A program made the translations under genes and the position numbers. From an uncultured Candidatus Rokubacteria bacterium (GTDB lineage Bacteria > Methylomirabilota > Methylomirabilia > Rokubacteriales > CSP1-6), in contig CAVYTA010000006.1 in assembly GCA_963771355.1 (NCBI GenBank), positions 2,528,001 to 2,592,000 of the forward strand: a stretch of 64,000 bases of DNA. Reading direction: 5' to 3'. Positions 10,025 to 20,701 of this stretch are shown here, in pieces; the stretch's first letter is position 1, and every line of letters starts with the position of its first letter. The notes below the pieces were generated by a model. That model was not told the DNA's origin. It ran no database searches and saw only the letters and a program-made list of their open reading frames with translations.

Positions 10025-10632
10025 GGTCGCGGGGCCAGGCGCGCCGGCCGCGGGCCCCGCCGCCGCGCCCCCGCCACGCCGATGTACTCGAGCTCGCGGC
10101 CCGCGCGCACGCTGCGGAGCAGCAGTCCGCCGCGGCTCATATCGCCCCGGCCCACGAAGTCGGCGGGGAAGCGGAGCCGCTCGCCGAGCACGCCGAGGAG
10201 CGGCTCCAGATACTTCCCGGTGGCCACGCTCCCCAGCAGGACGACCTCGCACTCGGCCCCCGCGGCGCGGGCGAGACGGCGCGCGTCGCGGAGCAGCGGC
10301 ACCCGGTAGCGGCGGTCGTCCGCGGCGATGTCGACCTGCGCGTAACGCCGGAGCCGGCTCAGGTCCACCGGCTCGTCGGCGGGCCGCAGCCCTTCGGCGG
10401 GGGTGATGACGAGCACGCCGGGCACCCCGGCGGGGGGCCGCGCGAAGGCCTCCGCGTAGGCGAGCTTGCCGCGGAAGTAGAGGCCGCTGAGAAAGGAGAA
10501 CACGTCGCCCAGCGGAGCGCCGGGGGCGGCGCGCACCCGCCGCGCCAGGTCGAAGCGGGCGCGCGCGTCGAAGACGAGCCCCGCCCGCACGCCGCCACAG
10601 TGCGCGGGGGACAGCAGGAAGATACGGCTCAC
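10021..10632 (-). CDS. Hypothetical protein in the DNA-repair operon, possibly YaaA/DUF328-like
   Basis: 203 aa, (V)SRIFLLSPAHC...SFLSGLYFRGKLAYA...VVLLGSVATGKY...GRGDMSRGGLLLR. GTGA overlaps on both sides. Confidence 0.8.
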   Translation of the reverse strand: MSRIFLLSPAHCGGVRAGLVFDARARFDLARRVRAAPGAPLGDVFSFLSGLYFRGKLAYAEAFARPPAGVPGVLVITPAEGLRPADEPVDLSRLRRYAQVDIAADDRRYRVPLLRDARRLARAAGAECEVVLLGSVATGKYLEPLLGVLGERLRFPADFVGRGDMSRGGLLLRSVRAGRELEYIGVAGARRRGPRPARLAPRP

Positions 10633-12344
10633 CGGCGGGCCCCCGGCGCCACCGCGCGCGCGAAGGCCTCCGGGCCGCGCGTGTTGAGCACCTCGCCGCG
10701 CCGCACCCACCCGCGCCGCGCCATGGCCACCCCGTAGCGGAGATTCGCCAGCTCGTCGGTGGCGTGCGCATCGGTGGAGATCACGAAGGGGATGCCCCGC
10801 TCGCGCGCGGCCCGGATCCAGCGGGGCGGCAGGTCGAGCCGGTTGGGGTCGCCGTTGATCTCCACCGCCGCGCGGGAGGCGGCCACCACGTCCAGGATCT
10901 CCTCCACCCGGCAGTCGATGGGCGGCCGCGAGAGCACCAGCCGGCCCAGGGCATGACCCCAGACCTTGAAGCAGGGATGCGCCATCGCGCGGGCGATCCG
11001 CCGCGTCATCTCCTCCGCGCCCATGCGATGGCGGGCGTGCACGCTCGCGATCACGATGTCGAGGCGCTCGAGCACCGAGTCGGGATAGTCCAGGCCGCCG
11101 TCGGCGAGGATATCCGACTCGGTCCCCCGCAGGAGCCGCACCGACACCGTTTCCTGGACGCGCGCGATCTCCTCCCACTGCGCCTCGAGCCGGTCCACCG
11201 AGAGCCCGCCCGCGTAGGACGCGGTGGGCGAGTGATCGGTGATGGTCAGATAGCGCAGGCCGCGCGCCTCCGCCGCGCGCGCCATCTGCGCCACCGAGTG
11301 CCGACCGTCCGAGTACACGGTGTGGCAGTGGACGGCGCCCTGGACATCCTCCATGCGGACCAGGTCCGCCGGAAGACTGCCATCCGCCGCCGCCTCGATC
11401 TCGCCCGCCTCCTCGCGGAGCTCGGGCGGCACGTAGGCGAGGCCGAGCCGGCGGTAGATCTCGGCCTCGGTGGCAAAGCCGGCCTCGTCGAGGCGCAGCC
11501 CGCGCGCCTCCGCGAGCCGGCGCAGATGCGCCACGTGCGCCGGCGCGCCGGTGGCGTCCAGCAGCGCGGCCGCGTAGCGCTCCGGCGGCACCACCCGCAG
11601 CTCGAGACCGAGGCCGGTGGCGAGGGTGGCCCGCGCCGAGTCTCGCCCGCGCGCGCCGGCGGCCGCGATCAGCGGCGAGGCGAGTGCGCGCTCGAGTGCC
11701 GCCGCAGGCCGGCTGGAGCCCAGCACCACCACCAGCGATTCGACGGTCTCCGTGGTGCGACGGAGGTCGCCCGCGTAGTCGGCCTGGGTGACCCCGGGCG
11801 CCGCACGCACGTGGGCGAGCAGCGGCTCTGCCACGGCCAGCGCGTCGGGGAGCAGCACCCGGGTCTGCCTCGGCTCGTCGAGGGCGCGAATCTGCTCCAG
11901 GAGCCGCCGCTCCGTCTTCTCGCCCATCCCTTTCACTGCCCGCACCCGTCCGGCCTCGCAGGCCGCCCGGAGCTCCGCGACCGAGGTCACCCCCAGCGTC
12001 CGGTTCAGCGCGGCGATCTTCGCGAGCCCGAGGGAGGAGAGGCGGCTCAGCTCACCCGCGCCCGCGGGCAGCCGCTCGTTGAGCTGCTCCAGCGCCCGGC
12101 AGGCGCCGGTCTGGTGCAGCTCGGTGATCATGGCGGCGAGCCCAGGGCCAACCCCGCGGAGCTCGGTGAGCCGGCCCTCGGCCACGAGCGCGGCGAGCGC
12201 ATCGTCGTCCAGGCGCTGCACGACCTCGGCCCCGCGGGCGTAAGCCCGCGAGCGGAACGGCGTCTCCCCCAACAGCGCGGTGAGGCGCGCCATCTCCTGC
12301 AGGGCGGCGGCGACATGGGCGGACCCGTAACGCTTGGCCTTCAT
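10629..12344 (-). CDS. polX: DNA polymerase X / PHP-domain protein, non-canonical polymerase site
   Basis: PFRSRAY, HhH GVGPG, PELRE; PHP motifs HCHT, TDHS, GTESDIL, EIN, STDAH. The DxD motif is replaced (ETVESLVV). Confidence 0.92.
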   Translation of the reverse strand: MKAKRYGSAHVAAALQEMARLTALLGETPFRSRAYARGAEVVQRLDDDALAALVAEGRLTELRGVGPGLAAMITELHQTGACRALEQLNERLPAGAGELSRLSSLGLAKIAALNRTLGVTSVAELRAACEAGRVRAVKGMGEKTERRLLEQIRALDEPRQTRVLLPDALAVAEPLLAHVRAAPGVTQADYAGDLRRTTETVESLVVVLGSSRPAAALERALASPLIAAAGARGRDSARATLATGLGLELRVVPPERYAAALLDATGAPAHVAHLRRLAEARGLRLDEAGFATEAEIYRRLGLAYVPPELREEAGEIEAAADGSLPADLVRMEDVQGAVHCHTVYSDGRHSVAQMARAAEARGLRYLTITDHSPTASYAGGLSVDRLEAQWEEIARVQETVSVRLLRGTESDILADGGLDYPDSVLERLDIVIASVHARHRMGAEEMTRRIARAMAHPCFKVWGHALGRLVLSRPPIDCRVEEILDVVAASRAAVEINGDPNRLDLPPRWIRAARERGIPFVISTDAHATDELANLRYGVAMARRGWVRRGEVLNTRGPEAFARAVAPGARR

Positions 12345-12374
12345 GTCCCCGGCTACTTCAAGAGCTGTGCCACC

Positions 12375-13598
12375 TCAGACCGGTGCCACGTCTTCCTGGA
12401 GCAACGGGCGCAGGTCCACGCGGCGTCCCTCGGCGGCAGAGAGATAGGCGCCGTAGATCACGGCGGTGACGTCGCGGGCGAGCGGGCCGCCGGAGAGCGG
12501 CTCCCGACCGAAAACGACGGCTTCCATGAAGTCCTGGATCTCCTGCGGATAGCCCGACGTCCAGTCCTCGTCGGGTTGTGGGCTCGACCAGCCGGCCTTG
12601 GTCTCGAGCTTCTCCACCAGGTACTCATCGCCGAACACCGCGCCGTCGGGCGCATAGGCCTGGACCACGTTGTTCGGGTTGATATTGCAGATCACCATGG
12701 CGCGGGCCCCGTAGGCGATGAGCTGATTGCGGATGCCGCCCAGGACGGTATCGGCGGCGGCGATCTGCGCCACGGTGCCGTCGTCGAACCCGATCAGCAT
12801 GGCGCCCCAATCCTCGACGTCGGCGCCCGCCACCGTCTTGAGGAACTGCGGCCCGGCGACGCGAAAGGTCTCCGTGGCCACGAGATTCGCCGTCTCCGCG
12901 CTCACCGAGACGGGGCGGATGGGACGGCCCCGCAGTCGGAGGCCCTCGTCCGCCTTGAGATAGAGCGCGGCCCCGAGCGGATGGCAGCCCTTTCCGAGCA
13001 GGGAGCCGCCCCCGCCGGTATCCCAGCGCTTGTTCACCGGCGCATGGGTGCCGGAGTGGCTTTCCTCCCCGACCAAGCGCAGGATCGGGCCTCCGGCGGC
13101 GGTGAGCAGGCGGCGCGCCTTCTGTACCGGCGGCGCGTACACCCAGTTCTCGGCGTAGCAGAGGCGGACCTTGGCTTCGCGGCAGGCGGCGAGCACCGCG
13201 TCGGCGGACGCGAGTGCGCGCCGGAGCATCTCGTCCCGCGGGGTGGCGGCGGGACCGAAGAAGCCGGTGAGGGGCTTCTCGACGATGACATGTTTCCCCG
13301 CGCGCGCGGCGGCCACCGCCATCTCCGCGTGGAGATACGACGGCGCGCAGAGATCCACGACGTCCACGTCTCCCGCCGCGGCCACGGCGGCGAGATCCGC
13401 TTCCACACGGCCCACGCCGAATTCGTCCGCGAACTGCTTGGCCCGCTCCGGCCGCGCGGCCGCCACGCAGGTGAGCTCGACGTCGAGCCCGTGCACGTGG
13501 CGGTACGCCTCGGCATGCAGCCGGGCCACGAAGCCTGCACCCACCAGCCCCACCCGCACGCGCCGCCTCTCCGTACCTCTACGACCGCTACCGCTCAT
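12375..13598 (-). CDS. Gfo/Idh/MocA family oxidoreductase
   Basis: VGLVGAGFVARLH, GKHVIVEKP, GGGSLLGKGCH. Confidence 0.9.
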   Translation of the reverse strand: MSGSGRRGTERRRVRVGLVGAGFVARLHAEAYRHVHGLDVELTCVAAARPERAKQFADEFGVGRVEADLAAVAAAGDVDVVDLCAPSYLHAEMAVAAARAGKHVIVEKPLTGFFGPAATPRDEMLRRALASADAVLAACREAKVRLCYAENWVYAPPVQKARRLLTAAGGPILRLVGEESHSGTHAPVNKRWDTGGGGSLLGKGCHPLGAALYLKADEGLRLRGRPIRPVSVSAETANLVATETFRVAGPQFLKTVAGADVEDWGAMLIGFDDGTVAQIAAADTVLGGIRNQLIAYGARAMVICNINPNNVVQAYAPDGAVFGDEYLVEKLETKAGWSSPQPDEDWTSGYPQEIQDFMEAVVFGREPLSGGPLARDVTAVIYGAYLSAAEGRRVDLRPLLQEDVAPV

Positions 13599-13625
13599 CG
13601 AGTCCTCCGGACAGGGTGAAACGAC

Positions 13626-13651
13626 CTGGGCCCGGTGCGGGCCGGGCCCAG
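13626..13651. other. Perfect 10-bp stem hairpin in intergenic region (terminator or 5'-UTR stem)
   Basis: CTGGGCCCGG-N6-CCGGGCCCAG. A TAGACT -10-like hexamer abuts it on the minus strand. Confidence 0.5.
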
Positions 13652-13681
13652 TCTACCCGGAGACGGCGCGTGCGAGGAGTC

Positions 13682-13963
13682 TTAGCACTTCGGGAGCGGA
13701 CGGAGCGTCGCTTCGATCTTGTCGCCGATCTTCAGGTCACGGATCGTCTCGGCGCTGGCCTGGAACTCGTGGGTGGCGCCGGCCGTGTCGCGCACCTTGA
13801 TCCTTTCCTGGGTAGCGCTCATCTCGACCACCTGGCCCTCGACGCGCTGGGGCGCCTTGGCGGGCTGGCACTGCTTCGGGGCGGGCTGCTGCGCGGCCAC
13901 GGAGCCGGCAGCGACCAGCCCGGCCAGCGAGAGCGAAAGCATGCTAACGGCAAACGTCTTCAT
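13682..13963 (-). CDS. Small exported hypothetical protein
   Basis: 93 aa with signal peptide MKTFAVSMLSLSLAGLVAAGSVAA; RVEGQVV...LKIGDKIEA suggests a small beta-barrel; two Cys. Confidence 0.75.
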   Translation of the reverse strand: MKTFAVSMLSLSLAGLVAAGSVAAQQPAPKQCQPAKAPQRVEGQVVEMSATQERIKVRDTAGATHEFQASAETIRDLKIGDKIEATLRPLPKC

Positions 13964-13996
13964 TAGGGGTCTCCCGTGTCCTAGGATTGGTCTGCT

Positions 13997-14209
13997 CTAG
14001 TTCTTCTTGGTGATGTCGTAGATGGCCCCGCCCACCGCGCCGACGCCGGCTCCGATGAGGGCGCCCTTGCCGGCACCATAGCCGGTACCCGCGCCGACCG
14101 CCGCGCCCGCGCCCGCGCCCACCGCGGTGCCGGTGACCGTTCCGCAGCCCGCCGGCGCCACTGCCAGGGCGGATAGGGACACGACTGCCATGATCCTTCG
14201 CAGCGTCAT
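13997..14209 (-). CDS. Glycine-zipper lipoprotein
   Basis: 70 aa, lipobox-like PAGC, GAGAGAAVGAGTG...GALIGAGVGAVGG; GGAGG RBS. Confidence 0.8.
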   Translation of the reverse strand: MTLRRIMAVVSLSALAVAPAGCGTVTGTAVGAGAGAAVGAGTGYGAGKGALIGAGVGAVGGAIYDITKKN

Positions 14210-14257
14210 ATAGAGCCTCCTCCGAGAGAGTCTGAACTGCTCCTCCCCCCGGGGGGG

Positions 14258-14272
14258 GCAAGCGGCGTGCCA
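14258..14272 (-). promoter_or_regulatory. sigma54 (-24/-12) promoter
   Basis: TGGCAC-GCCGC-TTGC, 48 nt upstream of the glycine-zipper ATG. Confidence 0.75.
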
Positions 14273-14420
14273 CGCTACGCACGCCAGACGGCGCGCAGAA
14301 TCGACGCCATACGCGCTCCCGCCGAGGGTCGGCCACATACGCGGGAGTTTCTACCCGTTCGGATGGTTCCCATTTCCCGGTGTAGCGAGTCTCACCGCGG
14401 GCTCGGTGAAGAGCTGACGC

Positions 14421-15740
14421 CTACTTCCCCATCAACCGCGCGGGAAGCCAGGTGGCCAGCCCGGGGAAGAGCGCCACCAGCAGCAGCATCACCAGCCCCA
14501 GTATCACGTAGGGGGTCACCGCGCCGCAGACCTGTCCCATGGTGATGGACCGCGGCGCCACGCTCTTCATGGTGAAGAGGAGCATGCCGAAGGGCGGCGT
14601 GAGCAGGCCGAGCTGCATGCAGATGAGGAAGAGCACGCCGAACCAGACGGGGTCGAACCCGTAGAGCGTCACCAGCGGCATGAAGAACGGCAGCGTGATC
14701 AGCATCATGCTCACCTGGTCGATGAAGCAGCCCAGGACGAGCAGGATGAGCATCATGACGGTGAGGACCGCGGCGGGGCCGAACTGGGCGTCCTGCACCG
14801 CCGCCACCAGCCCGTTGGTCGCCCCCGAGAACGTCAGGATCTGGGAGAAGGTGGTGGCGCCCACGATGATGAAGAGGATCACCCCGGAGATGCCCGCCGT
14901 TCCCAGCAGGGCCTTCAGCAAGCCGTCCCAGGTCAGCGCGCGGTACATCGCCGCCACCAGCACGGTGGCCACCGCGCCGATGGCGGCGGACTCGGTGGGA
15001 GTGGCCCAGCCCGCGGCCATGGCGAGGATCACCACCACGAAGATGATCACCAGCGGCAGCACGTACACCACCAGGGGCCGCCAGCGGACCCAGCCGCGGA
15101 CCGGCTCGTGCGCGAAGGCCGGCGCGAGCCGTGGATCGAGCACGGCGCGGACGACGATATAGCCCACGAAGGAGGCGGCGAGGAGCACGCCGGGCACGAT
15201 GCCGGCGAGGAGGAGCCGCGAGATGGAGATGCCGGCCAGGCTGCCGAGGAGCACGGTGAGCGCGGAGGGCGGGATGAGCATGTCCACGCCCCCGATGGCC
15301 ATGATGGGGCCCATCGCCATCCCGGGCTGATAGCCGCGCCGGAGCATCTCGGGAAGCAGGAGGCTGCCCAGCAGCGCGGTGGTGGCGATGGTGGAGCCGG
15401 AGATCGCCGAGAACACCGTCCCCGCCACCACCGCCACCACCGAGAGACGCCCGGGGACGCGGGCGATGAGCCGGTCGATGGCGTCGATGGCCTTCATGGC
15501 CACCCCGGTGTGGAAGAGCACCTCCCCCATGAGCACGAAGAACGGGATCGGCGTGAGGGAGAAGCTCGCGATGGACGCCACCCCGTTCCGGATCATCTGC
15601 ACGAGGCCGGCGTCCCCGCCCAGCCACACCCAGGCGCCCACCACGTTGATCGCGAGGAACGCGAAGGCCGCCGGGAGGCCGAAGGCGAGGAGCACCGACA
15701 GGAGGCCGAAGAGAAGGGTCGCCGCGAGCCACCAGACCAT
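14421..15740 (-). CDS. dctM: TRAP transporter large permease DctM
   Basis: IPFFVLMGEVL, SAISGS, LIPPS, ATPTES, LLTPPFG. Confidence 0.92.
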   Translation of the reverse strand: MVWWLAATLLFGLLSVLLAFGLPAAFAFLAINVVGAWVWLGGDAGLVQMIRNGVASIASFSLTPIPFFVLMGEVLFHTGVAMKAIDAIDRLIARVPGRLSVVAVVAGTVFSAISGSTIATTALLGSLLLPEMLRRGYQPGMAMGPIMAIGGVDMLIPPSALTVLLGSLAGISISRLLLAGIVPGVLLAASFVGYIVVRAVLDPRLAPAFAHEPVRGWVRWRPLVVYVLPLVIIFVVVILAMAAGWATPTESAAIGAVATVLVAAMYRALTWDGLLKALLGTAGISGVILFIIVGATTFSQILTFSGATNGLVAAVQDAQFGPAAVLTVMMLILLVLGCFIDQVSMMLITLPFFMPLVTLYGFDPVWFGVLFLICMQLGLLTPPFGMLLFTMKSVAPRSITMGQVCGAVTPYVILGLVMLLLVALFPGLATWLPARLMGK

Positions 15741-15766
15741 GAAGGAACCGGGGGACGAGCGCGCCG

Positions 15767-16261
15767 CTAGGCGTGCGGCCCGCTGCCCTCGAGGGCCCCG
15801 CCGAGCAGAAGGCGCCGCACGAACTCCACCCCGAGCACGGCGAAGCACACCGGCACCGGGGCATAGAGCCACCATTCCGGGAAGACGACCGCCTTGATCA
15901 CCATGGAGCCCTGCTGGGCCGAGCTGGCGATGGCCCGCGCGCCATAGATGACGAAGACCGTGGAGACGGCCAGCCCCACCAGGTCCGAGAGCCGCTCCAG
16001 CGCGCGCGCGGCGGGCCCCGGCAGCGAGGTGAGCAGGACGTCGAGCCGCACGTGCTCGTTCCGGTGGAGCAGCCACGGCGCCACCAGGAAGGTGGCGAGG
16101 GGAAGGCTATACTCCGAGACCTCGATGATCCAGGGCAGGGTCCCGAGCCCGAGGTTCCGGGCGAGGACGTCTCCGGTCACCAGGAGCGCCAGCACACCGA
16201 GGAGAAGCGCGGCCGCCACCGCCCCCGCGCGCAGCAGCCCCCGGTAGGCCCGCCCGAGCAT
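15767..16261 (-). CDS. dctQ: TRAP transporter small permease DctQ
   Basis: Four hydrophobic segments, EVSEY, EHVRLD. Confidence 0.9.
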   Translation of the reverse strand: MLGRAYRGLLRAGAVAAALLLGVLALLVTGDVLARNLGLGTLPWIIEVSEYSLPLATFLVAPWLLHRNEHVRLDVLLTSLPGPAARALERLSDLVGLAVSTVFVIYGARAIASSAQQGSMVIKAVVFPEWWLYAPVPVCFAVLGVEFVRRLLLGGALEGSGPHA

Positions 16262-16267
16262 CGCGCG

Positions 16268-18358
<2,091 letters not shown>

Positions 18359-18359
<1 letters not shown>

Positions 18360-18898
18360 TAACTCGCCGCCTTTACGGTAACCGCTTTGACCACGAGGTC
18401 GATGACCAGCTCCGCCTTCTTCAGCACCTCGTCCTCACGGATCCCGCCGAGCGGATGCGGGATGAGCGCGAGGGGGAGATCCGCCATGCCGCGGTTCTTG
18501 GCCTCCAGCTTGGCGAGCTGCTCGAACTCGAAGGTCCCCAGGACGACGGACGGGATCCCCTTCTGCTCCAGCACGATGGCGCCGTGGATACTCCACGACG
18601 TGCACGACCCTCAGTCGGCGCTGCCGACCAGGGCGAAGTCGCACTGGGTGAGCGCGTCGAGGATGGTGGGCGACGGCGCCCCCGCGATGCCCTTCTCGCG
18701 CTTCACGATCTCGCCCACGCCGTACTGCTCCTGGAGCCGGCGCGCTACCGTCAGCATCAAGAAGCCGGCATTGGCCTTGCTGTTGTCGAGAATGGCCACC
18801 TTCTTGCCGCGCAGGCTCGAGAGCCGCTGGGCGAGGCCCGCGGCGAGGATGCGGGGCTCGGCGGTGGGATCGTAGAGGACCACTTCCTTCGCGCTCAT
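18359..18898 (-). CDS. UGSC-motif selenoprotein (179 aa, Sec at TGA 18613-18611)
   Basis: ORFs 18611..18898 and 18359..18574 are in the same frame, joined through GCC GAC TGA GGG TCG TGC = A-D-U-G-S-C. Hairpin immediately downstream. Confidence 0.88.
18580..18600 (-). promoter_or_regulatory. Bacterial SECIS-like hairpin
   Basis: mRNA CGUCGUGGA-GUA-UCCACGGCG: 9-bp stem starting 11 nt after UGA, G-containing loop at about +20. Confidence 0.75.
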
Positions 18899-19031
18899 GC
18901 CTCACGCCCTCCGATTCATGGGGGTGAACAACCGGCCCCGCCCGCGGACGCCGCCGGGCGTGCTCGCCCATTAAAGCACGAGTCCGCCGCCGCCCGCCCG
19001 GCCGGGATTCGGAGTAGCATGTTGTCCGCCC

Positions 19032-19937
19032 ATGAGTCCCGGCGCCACGCCGATCCTCGAGCTGAGAGAGCTGACCAAGCGCTACGGCGAGGTGGAGGCC
19101 CTGCGCGGCATCAGCCTCGCCATCGCCGCCGGCGAGATCGTCGCCATGCTGGGCCCCAACGGCGCGGGCAAGACCACCTCGATCAGCCTCATGCTCGGAT
19201 TGCGCCGGCCGAGCTCCGGCGACGTCCGCCTGTTCGGTCTGCCTCCCACCGACCGCCGAGCGCGGAGCCGGGTCGGCGTGATGCTCCAGGAATCCGGCGC
19301 CCCCGGTGTCCTCACCGTCCGCGAGCTGATCGGGCTCTTCGGCACCTACTATCCCGCGCCCCTGCCGGTGGCGCAGGCCCTCGCCATGGCCGGCCTGGAG
19401 GACAAGGCAGACGCGCGCGTGGCCACGCTGTCGGGCGGGCAGCGCCAGCGGCTGTACTTCGCCCTCGCCGTGGGCGGCAATCCCGAGGCGCTCTTCCTCG
19501 ACGAGCCCACGGTGGGCATGGACATCGAGGCGCGCCGGGCCTTCGTGACCGCCATCCAGGCGCTCGCCGCCGCCGGCAAGAGCGTGATCTTCACCACGCA
19601 CTATCTCCGGGAGGCGGAGGAGCTCGCCACCCGCATCGTGGTCATCGATCGCGGGATCGTCATCGCCGACGCGGCGCCGCGGGTGCTCATGTCGCGGGTG
19701 GCGGGCAAGCGCGTGGCCTTCACGGTGGCGCGGCCCCTGCCCGCCGACGCCTTCGCCGGGCTGGTCGTCACCGCCCTGGACGTGTCCGACGGGCGCGTAC
19801 GCTTCCTCACCAGCGAGCCGGAGACCGCGTTGCGCCGGCTCTTCGAGCGGGGGGTGGAGCCGCACGACCTCGAGGTGGCGGGAGCCGACCTCGAGGAGGC
19901 GGTGCTGAGCCTGACCCGGCGACCGGAGCGCGCGTGA
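19032..19937 (+). CDS. ABC-2 exporter ATP-binding protein
   Basis: GPNGAGKTT, LSGGQRQR, LFLDEPT. Confidence 0.93.
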   Translation: MSPGATPILELRELTKRYGEVEALRGISLAIAAGEIVAMLGPNGAGKTTSISLMLGLRRPSSGDVRLFGLPPTDRRARSRVGVMLQESGAPGVLTVRELIGLFGTYYPAPLPVAQALAMAGLEDKADARVATLSGGQRQRLYFALAVGGNPEALFLDEPTVGMDIEARRAFVTAIQALAAAGKSVIFTTHYLREAEELATRIVVIDRGIVIADAAPRVLMSRVAGKRVAFTVARPLPADAFAGLVVTALDVSDGRVRFLTSEPETALRRLFERGVEPHDLEVAGADLEEAVLSLTRRPERA

Positions 19938-20701
19938 CCGCGCCGCTGCTCCGGATGCTGGGCGCGCAGACCCTGGCCGAGCTGCGCGCCCGCTGGCGTG
20001 TCGCCGCCTTCAGCATGACGAGCCTGGCGCTCCCCGTGGTGTTCTTCACCTTCTTCGGACTGCCGTTCGCGGGCCAGACCTTCCCCGACGGGGTGAGCGT
20101 GGGCGCGTATCTGCTCGTCTCCTTCGCCGCCTACGGCGTGGGGAACGTGATGGTGTACGGCTTCGGGATCGGCGTGGCCAACGAGCGCGGCATGAAGGTC
20201 GATCTCCTGATGCGCGCCACCCCGCTGCCGCCCGCGGTCGCGGTGCTCGCCAAGGTGCTGGTAGCGCTGGCCTTCGCGCTGGTGTCGATCGTGGTGCTGA
20301 TCGTCTACGGCGTGGTGGTGGGCGGGGTGCGGCAGGACCTGACCGTCTGGCTGCAGGTCATCGTGCGTCTCCTCGCGGGCTCGCTGCCCTTCGTGGCGCT
20401 CGGGTTCGCCATCGGCTACACCGCGGGCCCCCACGCGGCGCCCGCGCTCGCCAACCTCATCTATCTCCCGCTGTCCTTCGCCTCGGGGCTGTTCATGCCG
20501 GTGAGCCAGCTGCCCGGCTTCGTGCAGCGCGTGGCGCCCTATCTGCCGTCCTACCACTACGGCCAGCTGGCGTGGAGCGCGGTGGGGGCGCGGGCGGAGC
20601 CGCTCGTGGTGAGCCTGGCCTGGCTGGCCGGCTATACCGTGCTCTTCCTCGCCATCGCCGTGCGGGCCTACCGACGGGAGGAATCGCGGAAGTTCGCCTA
20701 G
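19934..20701 (+). CDS. ABC-2 exporter permease
   Basis: C-terminal part of ORF 18455..20701; about six hydrophobic segments, LMRATP, SGLFMP; GTGA overlap. Confidence 0.88.
   Translation: MTAPLLRMLGAQTLAELRARWRVAAFSMTSLALPVVFFTFFGLPFAGQTFPDGVSVGAYLLVSFAAYGVGNVMVYGFGIGVANERGMKVDLLMRATPLPPAVAVLAKVLVALAFALVSIVVLIVYGVVVGGVRQDLTVWLQVIVRLLAGSLPFVALGFAIGYTAGPHAAPALANLIYLPLSFASGLFMPVSQLPGFVQRVAPYLPSYHYGQLAWSAVGARAEPLVVSLAWLAGYTVLFLAIAVRAYRREESRKFA

Noticed and set aside
10764..13619. Long 951-aa plus-strand ORF and similar long ORFs (for example 24251..26182, 31879..34332, 35257..37785)
   Set aside because: Antisense shadows of well-supported genes, expected at high GC, with no recognisable motifs
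14245..14258. C6G8 tract as a phase-variation switch
   Set aside because: It lies downstream of the -12 box, outside any CDS, and homopolymer length is unreliable in this assembly
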